A DNA stretch of 63,234 nt, counting the filler, from Octopus bimaculoides (Eukaryota), in assembly GCF_001194135.2 (NCBI RefSeq). It is 5 parts of 4 records of this genome, joined end to end, with 100 filler letters (N's around TTAATTAATTAA, not from the genome) between each part and the next. Parts side by side here need not be neighbours in the genome. Positions count along the whole stretch, not along the records: positions 25,850 to 50,761 come from NC_069008.1; positions 50,862 to 60,640 come from NC_068987.1; 3 more parts are not named here. The stretch is one strand, 5' to 3'. Below are positions 46,256 through 59,666 of the stretch, in pieces. Under the pieces are notes generated by a model. The model was not told the DNA's origin. It ran no database searches and worked only from the letters and a program-made list of their open reading frames with translations. The position numbers and the translations under genes are program-made. Each line of letters starts with the position of its first letter. The first letter of the stretch is position 1.

Positions 46256-47317
46256 ATGGAAAATGTTGATTATTTGGACACTTCTAACATAACTGTTTTT
46301 AACAATATAGATGCAGTTATACAGACAAATAGAGAAGAGGAACCTGAATTTAGTGAAGCATTTACTAAAGAAAGATCGTTACAGGGAAATATTACTGAAT
46401 ATAGATCTGACGTTTGTAGGAAGTCATTCTCTTCGGAATATGAAGTCTTAAAGCATAAAGAAATACACAAAATAGAAAAAAATTGCCAGTGTGAAATATG
46501 CGGGAAATCTTTCGTCTGTAATTCAAAGCTTGCAATTCACATACGAAGACATACTGGAGAGAAACCGTTTCGTTGTGACATATGTGGGAAATCGTTTGTC
46601 GATAATAGTTATTTAACAAGGCACAAAGTAATACACACTGGCGAAAAACCGTTTCACTGTGAAATTTGTGGAGAATCTTTCATTCGGAACTCGAGTCTTG
46701 TTATCCACGTACGTAGTCACACTGGAGAGAGACCTTATCATTGTGGAGTATGTGGCAAGTATTTTGTGAGTAACAGTTATTTAACAACGCATAAACGAAT
46801 ACACTCCGGAAACAAACCCTATCATTGTGAAATATGTGGAAAATCATTTATTAATAATTCTCATCTTGTGGTACATAAAAGAATCCACACTGGAGAAAAA
46901 CCTTATCACTGTGAAATATGTGAGAAAACTTTCGTATCTAACAGCCACTTAACAACACATAGGAGAATCCATACGGGAGAAAAACCGTTTCAGTGTCAAA
47001 TATGTGGTAAATCATTCAATGAAAACTCCAGTTTGGTTATACACAAACGTAGTCACACTGGGGAAAAACCCTGTCGTTGTGACGTTTGTGGGAGATCGTT
47101 TTCTGTTAATTCTACTCTAGTAACTCACAAACGTTGTCATTCTGGGGATAAACCGTATCATTGTGAAATTTGTGGCAAATCCTTTATTAATAATTCTTCT
47201 CTTGTAGTCCATAAACGTAGACACACAGGAGAAAAGCCTTATCATTGTGAGATATGTGGAAAATCGTTTGTCAATAATAGTGATTTAGCAACGCATAAAA
47301 GAATTCACACTGGGTAA
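46256..47317 (+). CDS. C2H2 zinc-finger protein, 353 aa from MENV, 10 intact plus 1 degenerate finger
   Basis: Uninterrupted ORF with TGEKP-linked fingers. N-terminus MENVDYLDTSNITVFN is homologous to paralogue 1 [16 protein letters not shown]. Confidence 0.93.
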   Translation: MENVDYLDTSNITVFNNIDAVIQTNREEEPEFSEAFTKERSLQGNITEYRSDVCRKSFSSEYEVLKHKEIHKIEKNCQCEICGKSFVCNSKLAIHIRRHTGEKPFRCDICGKSFVDNSYLTRHKVIHTGEKPFHCEICGESFIRNSSLVIHVRSHTGERPYHCGVCGKYFVSNSYLTTHKRIHSGNKPYHCEICGKSFINNSHLVVHKRIHTGEKPYHCEICEKTFVSNSHLTTHRRIHTGEKPFQCQICGKSFNENSSLVIHKRSHTGEKPCRCDVCGRSFSVNSTLVTHKRCHSGDKPYHCEICGKSFINNSSLVVHKRRHTGEKPYHCEICGKSFVNNSDLATHKRIHTG

Positions 47318-48316
47318 AATACACTCGACTATCAATATCATGTATTCTATTTCTATTTGACTTTCGTAAAATCGAATCTGTTTCATTTCACCTCGATTAG
47401 TATGTCTCATGAACGGACGCCCTGCTGCACCTGGTTTTATGGTGAATCCCAACGAAATACTTCCAGATCAGCAGATAATCCGCAATGTGTTCCACTTCTG
47501 ATTATGAAATGTTTTATTGAAATAAATGTTTTGGTTCACTATGACTTTACGGACGTCAAATTGGAAAATACCCTATTTCTGTTTCTTCTGAAGTAAATAC
47601 AATATGTGTCACTATAGGACACTCGCACTTCTTTGTTTAGTTATTCTCCAAATGAAGTGTGTTTGGGCAAAATGAGTAATTTCTGATTTCTCGTTTTCTC
47701 TCGATCTGTTTGAAACCATTACATAGCAAGTACTGCATCATTATTTTGTACTGTTGCATCATCTTTAGGAGTGAAAATGGTCAGCATAGGTATTGTTCTT
47801 ACGGTTAGGAGTCCGAAACATAGGTGGCAGGCCCTCTTTTTCATAAAATCTTTTTCTTCAACTTTGACCCGATTGTAATTGAGGTTTCTAATAAAATATC
47901 TGGATAATTTTTGATGTTTAACAATCAATATTCTTTTCTCTGTCGGATTCCAAGTCAATTTTACCCGACACTAATGTCTAGTTTCATTTTCAAGTTTCAA
48001 AATATGTCTGAAGTGGGGTAAAATGAGTAATGTCTAATTTCAATAATTTCTATTCTTTAATTCAAGGTAAGTAAATATATCACAGAGAGGACAGTCCAGC
48101 AAGCTATAGTTAATATTTTAGGATGAGCTTTGTTTTTCATTTAGTCAAGTTTCATTAATTTCATATCATGTGCCATTTTTCCCCTTCTCATCTTTCATTT
48201 GACATTTCTGATATTTCTAATGTCTAAGGATTGATATTGATGTGCATCAGTCTGTTTTCTAGAGAATTGAAGCTACAAATTTACATTATGTCTTACTTAT
48301 TTTGCCCCAGTGAAAT

Positions 48317-48449
48317 CGGTGCTATTTTAGTGTGCAGTCTACCACAGTATCCTGTCTATGCTGTGAAATTACTTTGTGAATTACATGCTAAAAGTAATTT
48401 CACAGCATAGACTGGATACTACGGTAGACTGCACGCTAAAGTAGCACCG
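48317..48449. repeat. Long hairpin, 59-bp arms and 15-nt loop
   Basis: Arms 48317-48375 and 48391-48449 differ at 5 of 59 positions. Confidence 0.88.
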
Positions 48450-49010
48450 TGAAATTTGTCTTTTATATGCTCAAAGAGAACAGAAGATAATTTTCTGATA
48501 ATAATGATTAGATTATGTGTTATAATGCTTTTAATGCATTTAGGGAAGGCCATTTGCTTAGCTGATATAGTTCTTATAAAGTAGTGAACATTCATACAAA
48601 ATATATTCCGTCTCTATCAAAAATGCAATAAAAACTACTCATTATGCCCTCCCACTATTCTGTTTCTGTCTCTTCTAAAGAAATTGCAATGTGTCACTAC
48701 AGGACACTTGAACTTCGTTTAGTTATTCCAAATATGTTCCACACGACATTTCAACTACACAGTATTCATTTCATCCAGTGGCATAGCTAAAAGGGAGCAA
48801 CTGCTCTCCTCACCCAAGCACACTTTTCAAAATTACCACCTGTTATAAAATGTATACTCAATGAGTTAAAAATTGTTTGGTATATGGCACAGCACCTTAT
48901 TTTATTTTTTTTTTTTTGTGTTTGCTACCCCACAAACCTGGCTATGCTCTGATTTCATCCAACCATTTGGCTGAATTCTGGTCTAAGCACTCCATATAAC
49001 CCCTCATGAA

Positions 49011-49345
49011 GGCGCATGGCTCAGTAGTTAGAATGTCGGTCTCACAATCAAGAGGTAGTGAGTTTGATTCCCAGACCTGGCTGTGTGTTGTGTTCTTGAG
49101 CAAAACACTTATTTCACGTTGCTCCATTTCACTCAACTGTAGTAATGAGTTGTGACGTCACTGGTGCCAAGCTGTATCAGCCTTTGCCTTTCCCTTAAAT
49201 AACATCAGTGGTGTGGTGAGGGGAAGCTGGTATGCATGGACACTTGCTGGTTTTCCATAAACAACCTTACCTGGACTTGTGCTTCAGAGAGTTCCTTTCT
49301 AGGTGCAATCCTATGGTCATTCATGACCAAAGGGGGTCTTTACTC
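49011..49345 (+). mobile_element. SINE family C
   Basis: Head, core and tail as at 17808. Confidence 0.82.
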
Positions 49346-49424
49346 CTTTACTACAACCCCTTATAACTTTTCTTTAGTTTCTGGAATTGTCACAAAACTT
49401 TTGTGAATTTGTGTTCTATGTATA

Positions 49425-49629
49425 GGAATTCAGTCATTTGACTGCAGCCATGCTGGGGCACCACTATGAAGGGTTCTTAGTTAAACAAATCGACCCCAGG
49501 ACTTTTTACTTTCTTTTAAAGCCTTGTAATTATTCTATCAGTGCCTTTTGCCAAACCTCTAAATTACTGGCACATAAATACACTAATTGTCATGTGGCAG
49601 TGAGGAGACAAACAAAAACACACATACAT

Positions 49630-49694
<65 letters not shown>

Positions 49695-49845
49695 CAATGG
49701 GCTTCTTTCAGTCTGTCTACCAAATCCACTCAAACCTTTACTCAGCCCAACTCTACAATAGAAGACACTTGCCCAAGGTGCCACAGTGGGATTGAACCCA
49801 GAACCATACAGTTGGGAAGCAAGCTTCTTACAACACACCCACCTC
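49425..49845 (-). mobile_element. SINE family A, full bipartite copy
   Basis: Reverse complement of head, (TA)n spacer and body. Confidence 0.78.
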
Positions 49846-50861
49846 CTGTATTTTCTTTAACCCAAAGTAAAGAACTTTTCAGCACCTCCTCATATGTGTG
49901 TATTCTTATGAATGGAACTCATTTATTACTGAGTCTGCTCAAAAGACCAAAAGAAATCCTATGGTGCAACTTTTACACAGGGCAAAGCTAAAACTATAGT
50001 GGAAAAAAATTTCATACCAAGATTTAACACTAAATTAGGGATGCAACTTTATACATGAGTAAATATAGCATATTTGCAATGATGCTCTTTGGATTGTCGT
50101 TTTGCAGTTTCGTTGTGCTCTGATTTTAGAAAAATTCTTTCATTAAAATATTTGAGAAATTCTTACTTGTTAATTAAACTTGTACTTGATAAATTCATAA
50201 AGATCGAGTAACAAAAGTGTATAATTATATAAATGGGAATATCCTTGAGTATGAAGCAAGTCTACACTTGTAATCCACTACTAAATTATAGTAACTGGAG
50301 ATAGAAATAGTAATTGTCAGTTATATTCTTACCTCTTCTCGTCTGTAAAGCTCTCTCTTATTTTTCACATTATGTTAAGAAGTAAACAGCAAAATCAAAG
50401 ACCATATTTATATTATTATTCTGCTTCATTGCGTTGGTAAAGTCTTTAACAAATCTTAATATGGTGTATTTGGGAAAGAAACTATAAAAACCCCGTCTCC
50501 TAAACCCTTTCAGACTTTCTCTGGGTTTCACATCAAGTCTTGGCCATATTTTATAAGTTTTGTCTGAGCAGACGATACTTAATTCACTAATGCGCATGCG
50601 TTGCGCGAGGTGCGTTTTCAAATTAAAAAATAAAACAAAAAATAGACAAACGCTTTTCGCTTTTCCTTTCAGTAAACACAGTCTTACGCTCTCCGTCTCT
50701 CACTCTCTCTCTCTCTCACTCTCTCTCTCTCACACACATTGTCTCCCTCCCTCCCTCCTTCNNNNNNNNNNNNNNNNNNNNNNNNNNNNNNNNNNNNNNN
50801 NNNNNTTAATTAATTAANNNNNNNNNNNNNNNNNNNNNNNNNNNNNNNNNNNNNNNNNNNN

Positions 50862-51100
50862 ATATATATATGTATGTATGTGTGTGTGTTTTTGTGTCTA
50901 TGTCTGTCCCCCCAACATCGCTTGACAACCGATGGTGGTGTCTTTACGTTCCAGTAACTTAGCGGTTCGGCAAAACAGACAGATAGAATAATACCTGGCT
51001 TACAAAGAATAAGTCCTGGGGTCGATTTGCTCGACTAAAAGGTGGTGCTCCAGCATGGCCACAGTCAAAATGACTGAAACAAGTAAAAAAAGTAAAAGAG
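50862..51100 (+). mobile_element. SINE family A, 3' body
   Basis: cttgacaaccgatggtggtg...cagcatggccacagtc...gtaaaaga. Confidence 0.85.
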
Positions 51101-51380
51101 TACAAAAATAAAAGACGCAGGGTTAAACAGTCTAATGTACGAATTCATATACATGCACACAAGACACAGATACCAAAATTTAGACAGTCTCTCAGATACA
51201 GTTACAAACGCATGCGCAGATACACATTTATATCACAGAAAGACAAAAAAGGCCTGTAAGAATTGGAGACATGATGAGCAGAACTTCATTGAAGAGGTCA
51301 CAGCAAGTGTGACAAAAGGACTCTTACAAATTCACTAACAGAAATAAAGACAAAGTGAAGATCAAACAAATAGTGCGTGT

Positions 51381-51425
51381 GGATTGTGGTTCATTTCTAA
51401 TTTCATTAGAAATGAACCACAATCC
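51381..51425. repeat. Perfect 21-bp inverted repeat, 3-nt loop
   Basis: ggattgtggttcatttctaat-ttc-attagaaatgaaccacaatcc. Confidence 0.9.
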
Positions 51426-51771
51426 TTTACAAGCTATGATCCCAGTGGGCCTCATGGCATCCTTGGAAGTGTAGTTTATTCTTAGTTACAATAGCCACAA
51501 GGTGAACTTTTTCCATCTCCTTGCTCTGTTAAAGTGCTTGAGAAAAAATATATTAACGTGTCCAATTGGTTAAAATTATATTTATTTGTGCAGCTGCATT
51601 TAAATTGATGTAATGATTGCATTGTTCAATGAAATGGAGTCGCTTGAAACGGTCGTATTGCATAACGTCTTGATATCCTATTGCTTCATTTGATCTTATT
51701 CACCTTACTGTGCGGATAATAACGGATAATAACGGTGCCTCAACTTAAGTACGTAATTCAACTGTATGCCT

Positions 51772-51810
<39 letters not shown>

Positions 51811-52044
51811 TTTGTGTGTGTGGTGTGTGTCTGTGTGTATGTATGTATGTATGTATATATGTATGTAATCTGTCCAACTGTAAATCACAGTCCTTTGAAT
51901 GAGGACGAGTGCATGTGTTTGTTAGCACTACCACAAGTTGACTTATGCATGAAGCCAAACCACCGACAAATATACGACTGAAAAATCCGAAGTATGTTTA
52001 CGGCATACAGGCTTTATATATACTACATACATAAATGTTTATAT

Positions 52045-52081
<37 letters not shown>

Positions 52082-52532
52082 NNNNNNNNNNNNNNNNNNN
52101 NNNNNNNNNNNNNNNNNNNNNNNNNNNNNNNNNNNNNNNNNNATATATATTATATATTATATATTATATATTATATACATGCGTGTGTGAGTGTGTGAGT
52201 GTGTAAAGAGACACAGAGACCGATAAATGGATAGACACGGAATGACAGAGATAAAGCAAGATTGAGATAGGAGAAGAGAGGGGCGGATAGACATGCATAG
52301 TTATTACGCTATGTATGGACAAGGTCTTGAATATGTCTAAAAGTGAGAATAAATACTACGGACTCATTTCCCATTTACCGTATTATAGTCCTGGATTACT
52401 GGGAAATGTATATCATAATAACATGAAAAGATTTCAGAAATAACCTATGAATTGAGTTCCTGCACAACACAATGTTCAGAAAATAAAACGCAGAAGAGAT
52501 TAAAGAATATAAGAAGCTTGGCTGTGTTGGAT

Positions 52533-52624
52533 ATGAATAAATTAATAGTCAAATTATGAATAAATTAATAGTCAAATTATGAATAAATTAATAGTCAAAT
52601 TATGAATAAATTAATAGTCAAATT
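52533..52624. repeat. Perfect 23-bp minisatellite x4
   Basis: (atgaataaattaatagtcaaatt)4. Confidence 0.92.
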
Positions 52625-54491
52625 ATGCATTCTAGTATTGATAACAATATTCAATCTTAAAATCAATGAAGGAATTGACTACGTTGTTCATTCGTATTAT
52701 TGATGATCAGTTCCAGTACGGATAAAGAGGACCTTTGATTATGAACGTTCCAAACATGACATACCTACATTATTTTTCGAGACTAGGTTAGTATATTTAC
52801 CGAAATGTTGTACGTCTTTTTTTTTGGTGACAGGATTTCAGAACAAGCGATAAAGTGAAGGTCTCGAACCGCTCGGTCGATCTCTCTTATTATTGTAATA
52901 TGATGACATTTATGCAAAGGAATAGAACTTTGAAGTTCAATTCATTTAGTTTTAAATGTATATAGCTAACAAAACAAAAAACAACTACTTGTTTTATATG
53001 AGACAAAATTAGCCCTGTCCTGCGGATTATTAACGCCGACATTAAACCTGTTTTAGATTTTCCCTACCGTAATTTTGTTTAGGTGTCGGCTTATTGTTTT
53101 CATGTGCTTCAATTCTCAATATTCAAACTTCACTAACTAAAATAGCAAGTATTTCTATATTACTTAAAGGAAACACAGCATATAATTAACGATGCCATAC
53201 ATAATTAATATTCACCTCGTATTTATATAAAAGCTGGACTTAGAAACAATTAGAATAAGACTGTTTGAATGCTTTTAAGTGGTACACCCATCTTATCAAG
53301 TGAACATTTTATGTAGACGAATGGGCAACGTGAATCCATGGCTTTTATATTTTCCCTCTGACATACATCTGTTTTCATTTCGTTTTGTAAGGAATTAATG
53401 ATGAGCTAAAGTACACTTATGCATGCGATTGTAAAACGTTCTTTCTGTCTATTTCAATAACCACGTGTAGGGTTAATTATAAATTAGGTTTCCAAATTGA
53501 AATTTCACTTCCGTGGAATGTGAATCATAATTTGCTCATAACATTCAAGTTTCAGCCTTGAATCGAGAAGGTTCAGTCGTTTTTTAGGTAGTATGTAGCT
53601 TCATCACTCAATGTATATCTCTTACAAATTTCACCTTACTTGTGCATTTAGGATCTGCAGATTTTCAATCACCTCCAATAACTGCCCGCCGTTTCTGTAC
53701 TTTTCAACGTGTATGCAAGTTAAACCATCATTTGCGGAAAGGTATTACTCTCCGTCCCATTATGTAGCTTTGATCTAATTTTTCATAAGAAATATGCAGT
53801 TGAAACAACAAATAGTGTTTACTTTCTATTTTCTTATTTTATCCCGTTCTTGATCAACAAATCCTATAATTCACTTATACTAGTAGCGTGAGGTGTATGT
53901 TCCATACGTTCTAATAGAATTGTAATTATTTCAGTAAATATTCTGATAAATATGAGATACTGAAATATCTCACAAACAATTCACATATCAATAACACACA
54001 ACATATGTTTAAAAATAATCATTGAAACACTTTCTCTATTATCTAACATCGTAGGTGGTGGGCATTATTTGTTGCAAAATGCAGTTTGAATTATCTAAGC
54101 GTTTAAAATGAAAGCCGTTTGCAGAGAATAAACGCGAATACTTAAACGGAAGACGTCATGGGTTTGTTTAAAGAGACGCAATTGAATTAGAAAACTATGG
54201 CGGTTCTGTGGTAATTATGCTGAAACATGTATCAAAGTAATATGATACAATTCACATGCAAAGAGTTATTTAGACTTAATTGTAACAGAGACTGCAAACA
54301 TGTTAGATTCTACAAGAGGTAGTGAACCTGGAATTTTGTGAGTGGAGGCAATGCTCAATTGCTATTTATTTTATTGAAAAATGAAAGGAAATCGACCCTG
54401 GCGGAATTGAACTCAAAGCGTAAAACCGGAAGAGATGCCTGTAAGTCTTTTCTCTGGTACGCTAATAATTCTACCAGTTTGCTGCCTTAGA

Positions 54492-54660
54492 AGCATTTTT
54501 CTACTCTAGGCACAAGGCCCGTAATTTTGGGGGAGGAGGGCAGTCAATTAGATCGACGCCAGTACGCAACTGGTACTTAATTTATCGACTCTGAAAGGAT
54601 GAAAAGCAAAGTCGACCTCGGTGGAATTTGACCTCAAAACGTAAAGACAGACGAAATTGC
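54492..54660 (-). mobile_element. SINE family B, tail type 1
   Basis: Reverse complement of core and tail. A further core fragment lies at ~54385-54425. Confidence 0.8.
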
Positions 54661-56518
54661 CGCCTTAGAAGCAACTAACGTAGTGATGGTTTAGATCAAG
54701 TAACATTTAGATTTTAATAATAAATATGATCAATGATAAGTTTTTATACCTTAAGTTAATCAAAAATAAATTGCTTGACGAATGTATAAGTTGTCACATT
54801 TAATTTTACTTGAAATATAAAACTAATAAATTGAATAATGTACACGAGAAATTCTATTTAATTTCTGAAAGCAATGACTAAATATTTCATAGTAGACTAA
54901 TTGTGAACTATGTAAAAAGTGACCGTACGCCAACAAGATATAAAAACTTTTGAAGATATCCAGAGAGTATATTTTCCGGCAAATAGGGGGTATATAAAGG
55001 ATAATTGAAATAGTTGAGGTGGGGGTATAAAGACGTGGCGAGGGGTTTTTAATGATAAGGCTATGCTAGGAAATATTTTTAAAAGAATTATGCAAGTGTG
55101 GATATTGATAAATAATAATAGATATTGAGTAAGGAACTCCTATCTAAATCCTGTGGTTTTTCGACTGAGACCGGTCTTCAATAACAGGCTCTGAGTGCGT
55201 ACTACATTACATACATATTGACAATAAACCAAAATAAATATTGAAAGGTTGATTGTTAGAAAACAATGAAAGAAGTGAATTGAATATATTTTATGTGTTT
55301 AGGAGTACAAAGACAATAGAATAGTGACTTATTGATCGGGCACTATAAATTACCTGAATAAATGCAATTAGAACAACAAAGTACACAGATAAGCCACCAT
55401 AATCAAATCTAATGATATAACAATCATTCGTGATATCAGAGAGTTCCCTAAATGCAACCATATGATGGAAATTAAGATATCTCGCATTGTTGTTGGTAAG
55501 AGATAATGAAACGTCAGAGAAATAATTGAATTCGACACTTTTAGAATTCCAATTCAATACACTGCTGTTGCTAACATGCCGTACACTAACAGAGAGCAGT
55601 GTATTTTGTTTCTATGTTCTTCATCTTTAAATGAAGGGCAAGACTCGGACCATTAGGCTCCACACTCATTAGGGAAAATGAATCAATCAATTGATACATA
55701 GCAAACAACATATGCTTTTGAAATCCATGGGATTTCCTCGGATTCTGCTATTCTCCCTTAATATATAAAGCTCCGATCCATGGCGATAAATTTCAATATA
55801 CTAAATAAACTAAAATTAAAATAATATATCCGAGAAAAATGAATGTTATCAGAAGAAACAAAACCGCTAAAGATATATTCAAATATTTTGATAAAGTGTA
55901 TACAGAGTATTGTGAACGGTGATATAATCCTAGATATCATATTACAAAAACCTAACAAATGCAGAAACTAATAGTATAAAATATTCACAGGGATGATGAA
56001 ATATCATCAAATTGGGACAGAAATATATATCACTGCTCCTTCATTATTTTTTCTTATAAATAACTTTCCTTTATATAAAGCAGTTTTGTGATTTGCGATA
56101 TATGAAATTTTCTGACGAGTGTGACAGGCACTAACTAGAAACCTAATACTTCATTCGTTATCGACCTAGAACTTCTAACTAGTTTCATGACCTTAACGAT
56201 AAAACTAGCAACTTCGTATATTGGTGATAACTTCGTATATCGTATATAAATGAGGAACTTCGAATATCTACCCGCTATATTTGTGGAGTATTAGGGTTCA
56301 GTATATATATATATAACAGAAGACAGTTATGGGTAAGGCAACAACGAACAGTTTGTATTAGTTTGACGCTCAAGAAAAATGGAAATATATACCCAGCGGT
56401 GGAATACCTATTAATTATCCCTTGAGAATCATATTTACTATTGCACGCTGTATTTCCAACAAAAATTATCTATGATTTTTATCGACATTAAGCACATATT
56501 AGCTCTCTTCTCCCTCTT

Positions 56519-56586
<68 letters not shown>

Positions 56587-59500
56587 TCTCTCTTTCTCTT
56601 TCTCTCTCTCTCTAACTCTAATATTAAACGAAATTCTACCGCGCAGCTAACTTATATCCACCATCACGATGACAAAGTATATATCCTATATTTCTTGGCT
56701 TGTGATTAAAACTGGAATACTTTACCATGGAAGTCAACTATCATATAATCTATGGTGCCGAAAAACCCTAGAAGCTTTATGTGAGAATGAACGCCTTCCA
56801 ATTAACAAATTCTGTGACGTAGTTACCTTCTGCTACCATACATTTTACAAATCTTTTTATCGTTACCACAAATCAATCTGATCACATCGACAGCGATTTG
56901 TAATACTGCATCCATTTCAACGTTTGTCTTCTATTTTCTCACATATCTATTTACTCCCCAACAGCTCTTTTATTTTCTTCTGCATATCTACGTTATGTAG
57001 TTGACCTCCCTTGTTTCTTTAAACGTTATAATTAAGCTACATTTCCAAACATCTTATTTATCTCACGAATCACTTTTTCCCTTTTCTTCTGTATTTCTGT
57101 TGTCCATACACCCTGTTAGCAACTCACCATCATATTCCGTGCCTCACTATACACTCTCTATACAAAATACAAGTAGTAGGCGCGACTGCGACAATTTTAC
57201 ATTGCTTATCTCATTACAGTTTGATGGGGTTTAATATATTTGTCTTTTATTTCCTGTTCCCTCAATCGCTACCGATAATGTATTTTTTCATGAGCTGCTT
57301 AACCCTACCTTTTCAACTACTTAGTATTTAACACTTGTTTGCAGAGAGTGAACTTCTTACTCCAGCCGACTGACCTTTTCAGATTTCCTAAATTTTCTTT
57401 GCTGTGGTTTGCTTTCTCCTTATTTCTTTCCTCTTTGCATTATCACCACAGCCACTCACTTTTCTTTGAAGCCCTGCCTACCCGAAGCTGGATTTCCTTT
57501 CACGTTACTATCATACAAAACTCTCTTCTATTTTCCCGTTTTCTGACCTAATTTTATACATTTCATTACAAGTAGTCTGTTACTTCTCTCTCCTTAAACA
57601 ATTTATTACGGCTCATACTTTTTAAACAATAATTCTGTTGATACATTCAACATTAGTTTTTGAAGACAATGTTGTGAATTTGACGCTCCATGATACTCAG
57701 TTGTCTACATTCCTGATAGATGATACCATATTCGCTTATTTGTTTATGAGTAACGTTGTCTTAAAATTACACCTGTTTACATAATATGCATCGTATTACT
57801 AAATATTCAATGATAATTTGAAACAGATGTATAGAGAAGACCACTTCAGCTAAGTAAAATTTTCTTATATGAATACATTCCTTTACTTGTAATTATCCGT
57901 CGTCGTCTTTTATGTGTATACATATACAAACATACACACACATGCATATATAAGTATATGCATATACACACACATATAAATACATGTAAAAATATGTATA
58001 TATGTATGTAGTTACATATAACATCTGTGTGTTTTGTACATGCATGTATTTGTAAAACCGGTAAAATCTGGAAATTGTGAATAAAATCAGGAATTACAAC
58101 ATTGTAAAGAATCTTGCTTAAAAGCACGGACATTAGAGCAAAAAAGACATTATCTTCTGTTTTTGAATTTACAGAACATATCAATAAAAATGAATAAAAT
58201 TACGGGAGTCGCCTTATTCGGTTCTTGTGTAACTGTTGTGTCCATAGTTTGATTGGATCCTTATCTTCAGAATGAAAAAACAGCCATTTTGAAAAGTGGT
58301 AACAAAAAACATTACATTACAAACGAAGAAGACAATGGACAGCCAGTCTGATAGGATCAGTGACAGTATGTTAATAGCTATGTTAAGAGGTCAACGAAAA
58401 TGATTATTGTAATAATCTCCATACTGTGTCTATCAATTGAAACTGTGTGATTTCAAAATATAAAATGTTGTTTATTCTAACGTCGTTGCACATTATTTTG
58501 TTGAGAGAACATTATAATTGATTGCATCGAAATATTTTTTTTCTATTTTATTGGCGTCATTGAACACTAAATCATGAATAGAAATACTGTTTCCGCTCAG
58601 TTTTCTAAAAAAATACGTGTAATGTAAATAATGGATATAATCAAGACCAAGAGTTTGAAATATCATACTCCTATGGTTACCAAATATATTATCGATACAA
58701 TTTCATTTCAAAATTATTGTTTTTAACATTGCCCTCGTACATGGATTTTTTGCCATATTTNNNNNNNNNNNNNNNNNNNNNNNNNNNNNNNNNNNNNNNN
58801 NNNNNNNNNNNNNNNNNNNNNNNNNNNNNNNNNNNNNNNNNNNNNNNNNNNNNNNNNNNNNNNNNNNNNNNNNNNNNNNNNNNNNNNNNNNNNNNNNNNN
58901 NNNNNNNNNNNNNNNNNNNNNNNNNNNNNNNNNNNNNNNNNNNNNNNNNNNNNNNNNNNNNNNNNNNNNNNNNNNNNNNNNNNNNNNNNNNNNNNNNNNN
59001 NNNNNNNNNNNNNNNNNNNNNNNNNNNNNNNNNNNNNNNNNNNNNNNNNNNNNNNNNNNNNNNNNNNNNNNNNNNNNNNNNNNNNNNNNNNNNNNNNNNN
59101 NNNNNNNNNNNNNNNNNNNNNNNNNNNNNNNNNNNNNNNNNNNNNNNNNNNNNNNNNNNNNNNNNNNNNNNNNNNNNNNNNNNNNNNNNNNNNNNNNNNN
59201 NNNNNNNNNNNNNNNNNNNNNNNNNNNNNNNNNNNNNNNNNNNNNNNNNNNNNNNNNNNNNNNNNNNNNNNNNNNNNNNNNNNNNNNNNNNNNNNNNNNN
59301 NNNNNNNNNNNNNNNNNNNNNNNNNNNNNNNNNNNNNNNNNNNNNNNNNNNNNNNNNNNNNNNNNNNNNNNNNNNNNNNNNNNNNNNNNNNNNNNNNNNN
59401 NNNNNNNNNNNNNNNNNNNNNNNNNNNNNNNNNNNNNNNNNNNNNNNNNNNNNNNNNNNNNNNNNNNNNNNNNNNNNNNNNNNNNNNNNNNNNNNNNNNN

Positions 59501-59623
59501 NNNNNNNNNNNNNNNNNNNNNNNNNNNNNNNNNNNNNNNNNNNNNNNNNNNNNNNNNNNNNNNNNNNNNNNNNNNNNGTGTGTGTTCGTTTTTCCAGTAT
59601 TGCAACTGCTCTGCGTAGGTGTA

Positions 59624-59666
59624 CTTCCAAAGGTGTACTTTTCGATAAAAAGTACACCTTTGGAAG
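59624..59666. repeat. Perfect 19-bp inverted repeat, 5-nt loop
   Basis: cttccaaaggtgtactttt-cgata-aaaagtacacctttggaag. Confidence 0.9.

Noticed and set aside
36256-46256. The two ZNF start codons are exactly 10,000 bp apart
   Set aside because: The interval is full of independent insertions and variable microsatellites, so this is coincidence.
52533-52624. CRISPR-like array
   Set aside because: Repeats are contiguous with no spacers, the context is eukaryotic, and there are no cas genes.
56112-56150. Third hammerhead candidate (CTGACGA...GAAAC)
   Set aside because: No cleavage triplet or stem I partner follows GAAAC.
56209-56265. loxP site (ATAACTTCGTATA at 56227-56239)
   Set aside because: Only one 13-bp arm matches, with no inverted second arm after 8 bp. 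It is one of three short direct aacttcg(t/a)atat repeats in AT-rich DNA.
58080-58420. Host-gene exon
   Set aside because: Fragments such as LKSTDIRAKK and FEKW look like a very old RTE remnant with many stops; too decayed to list as a feature.
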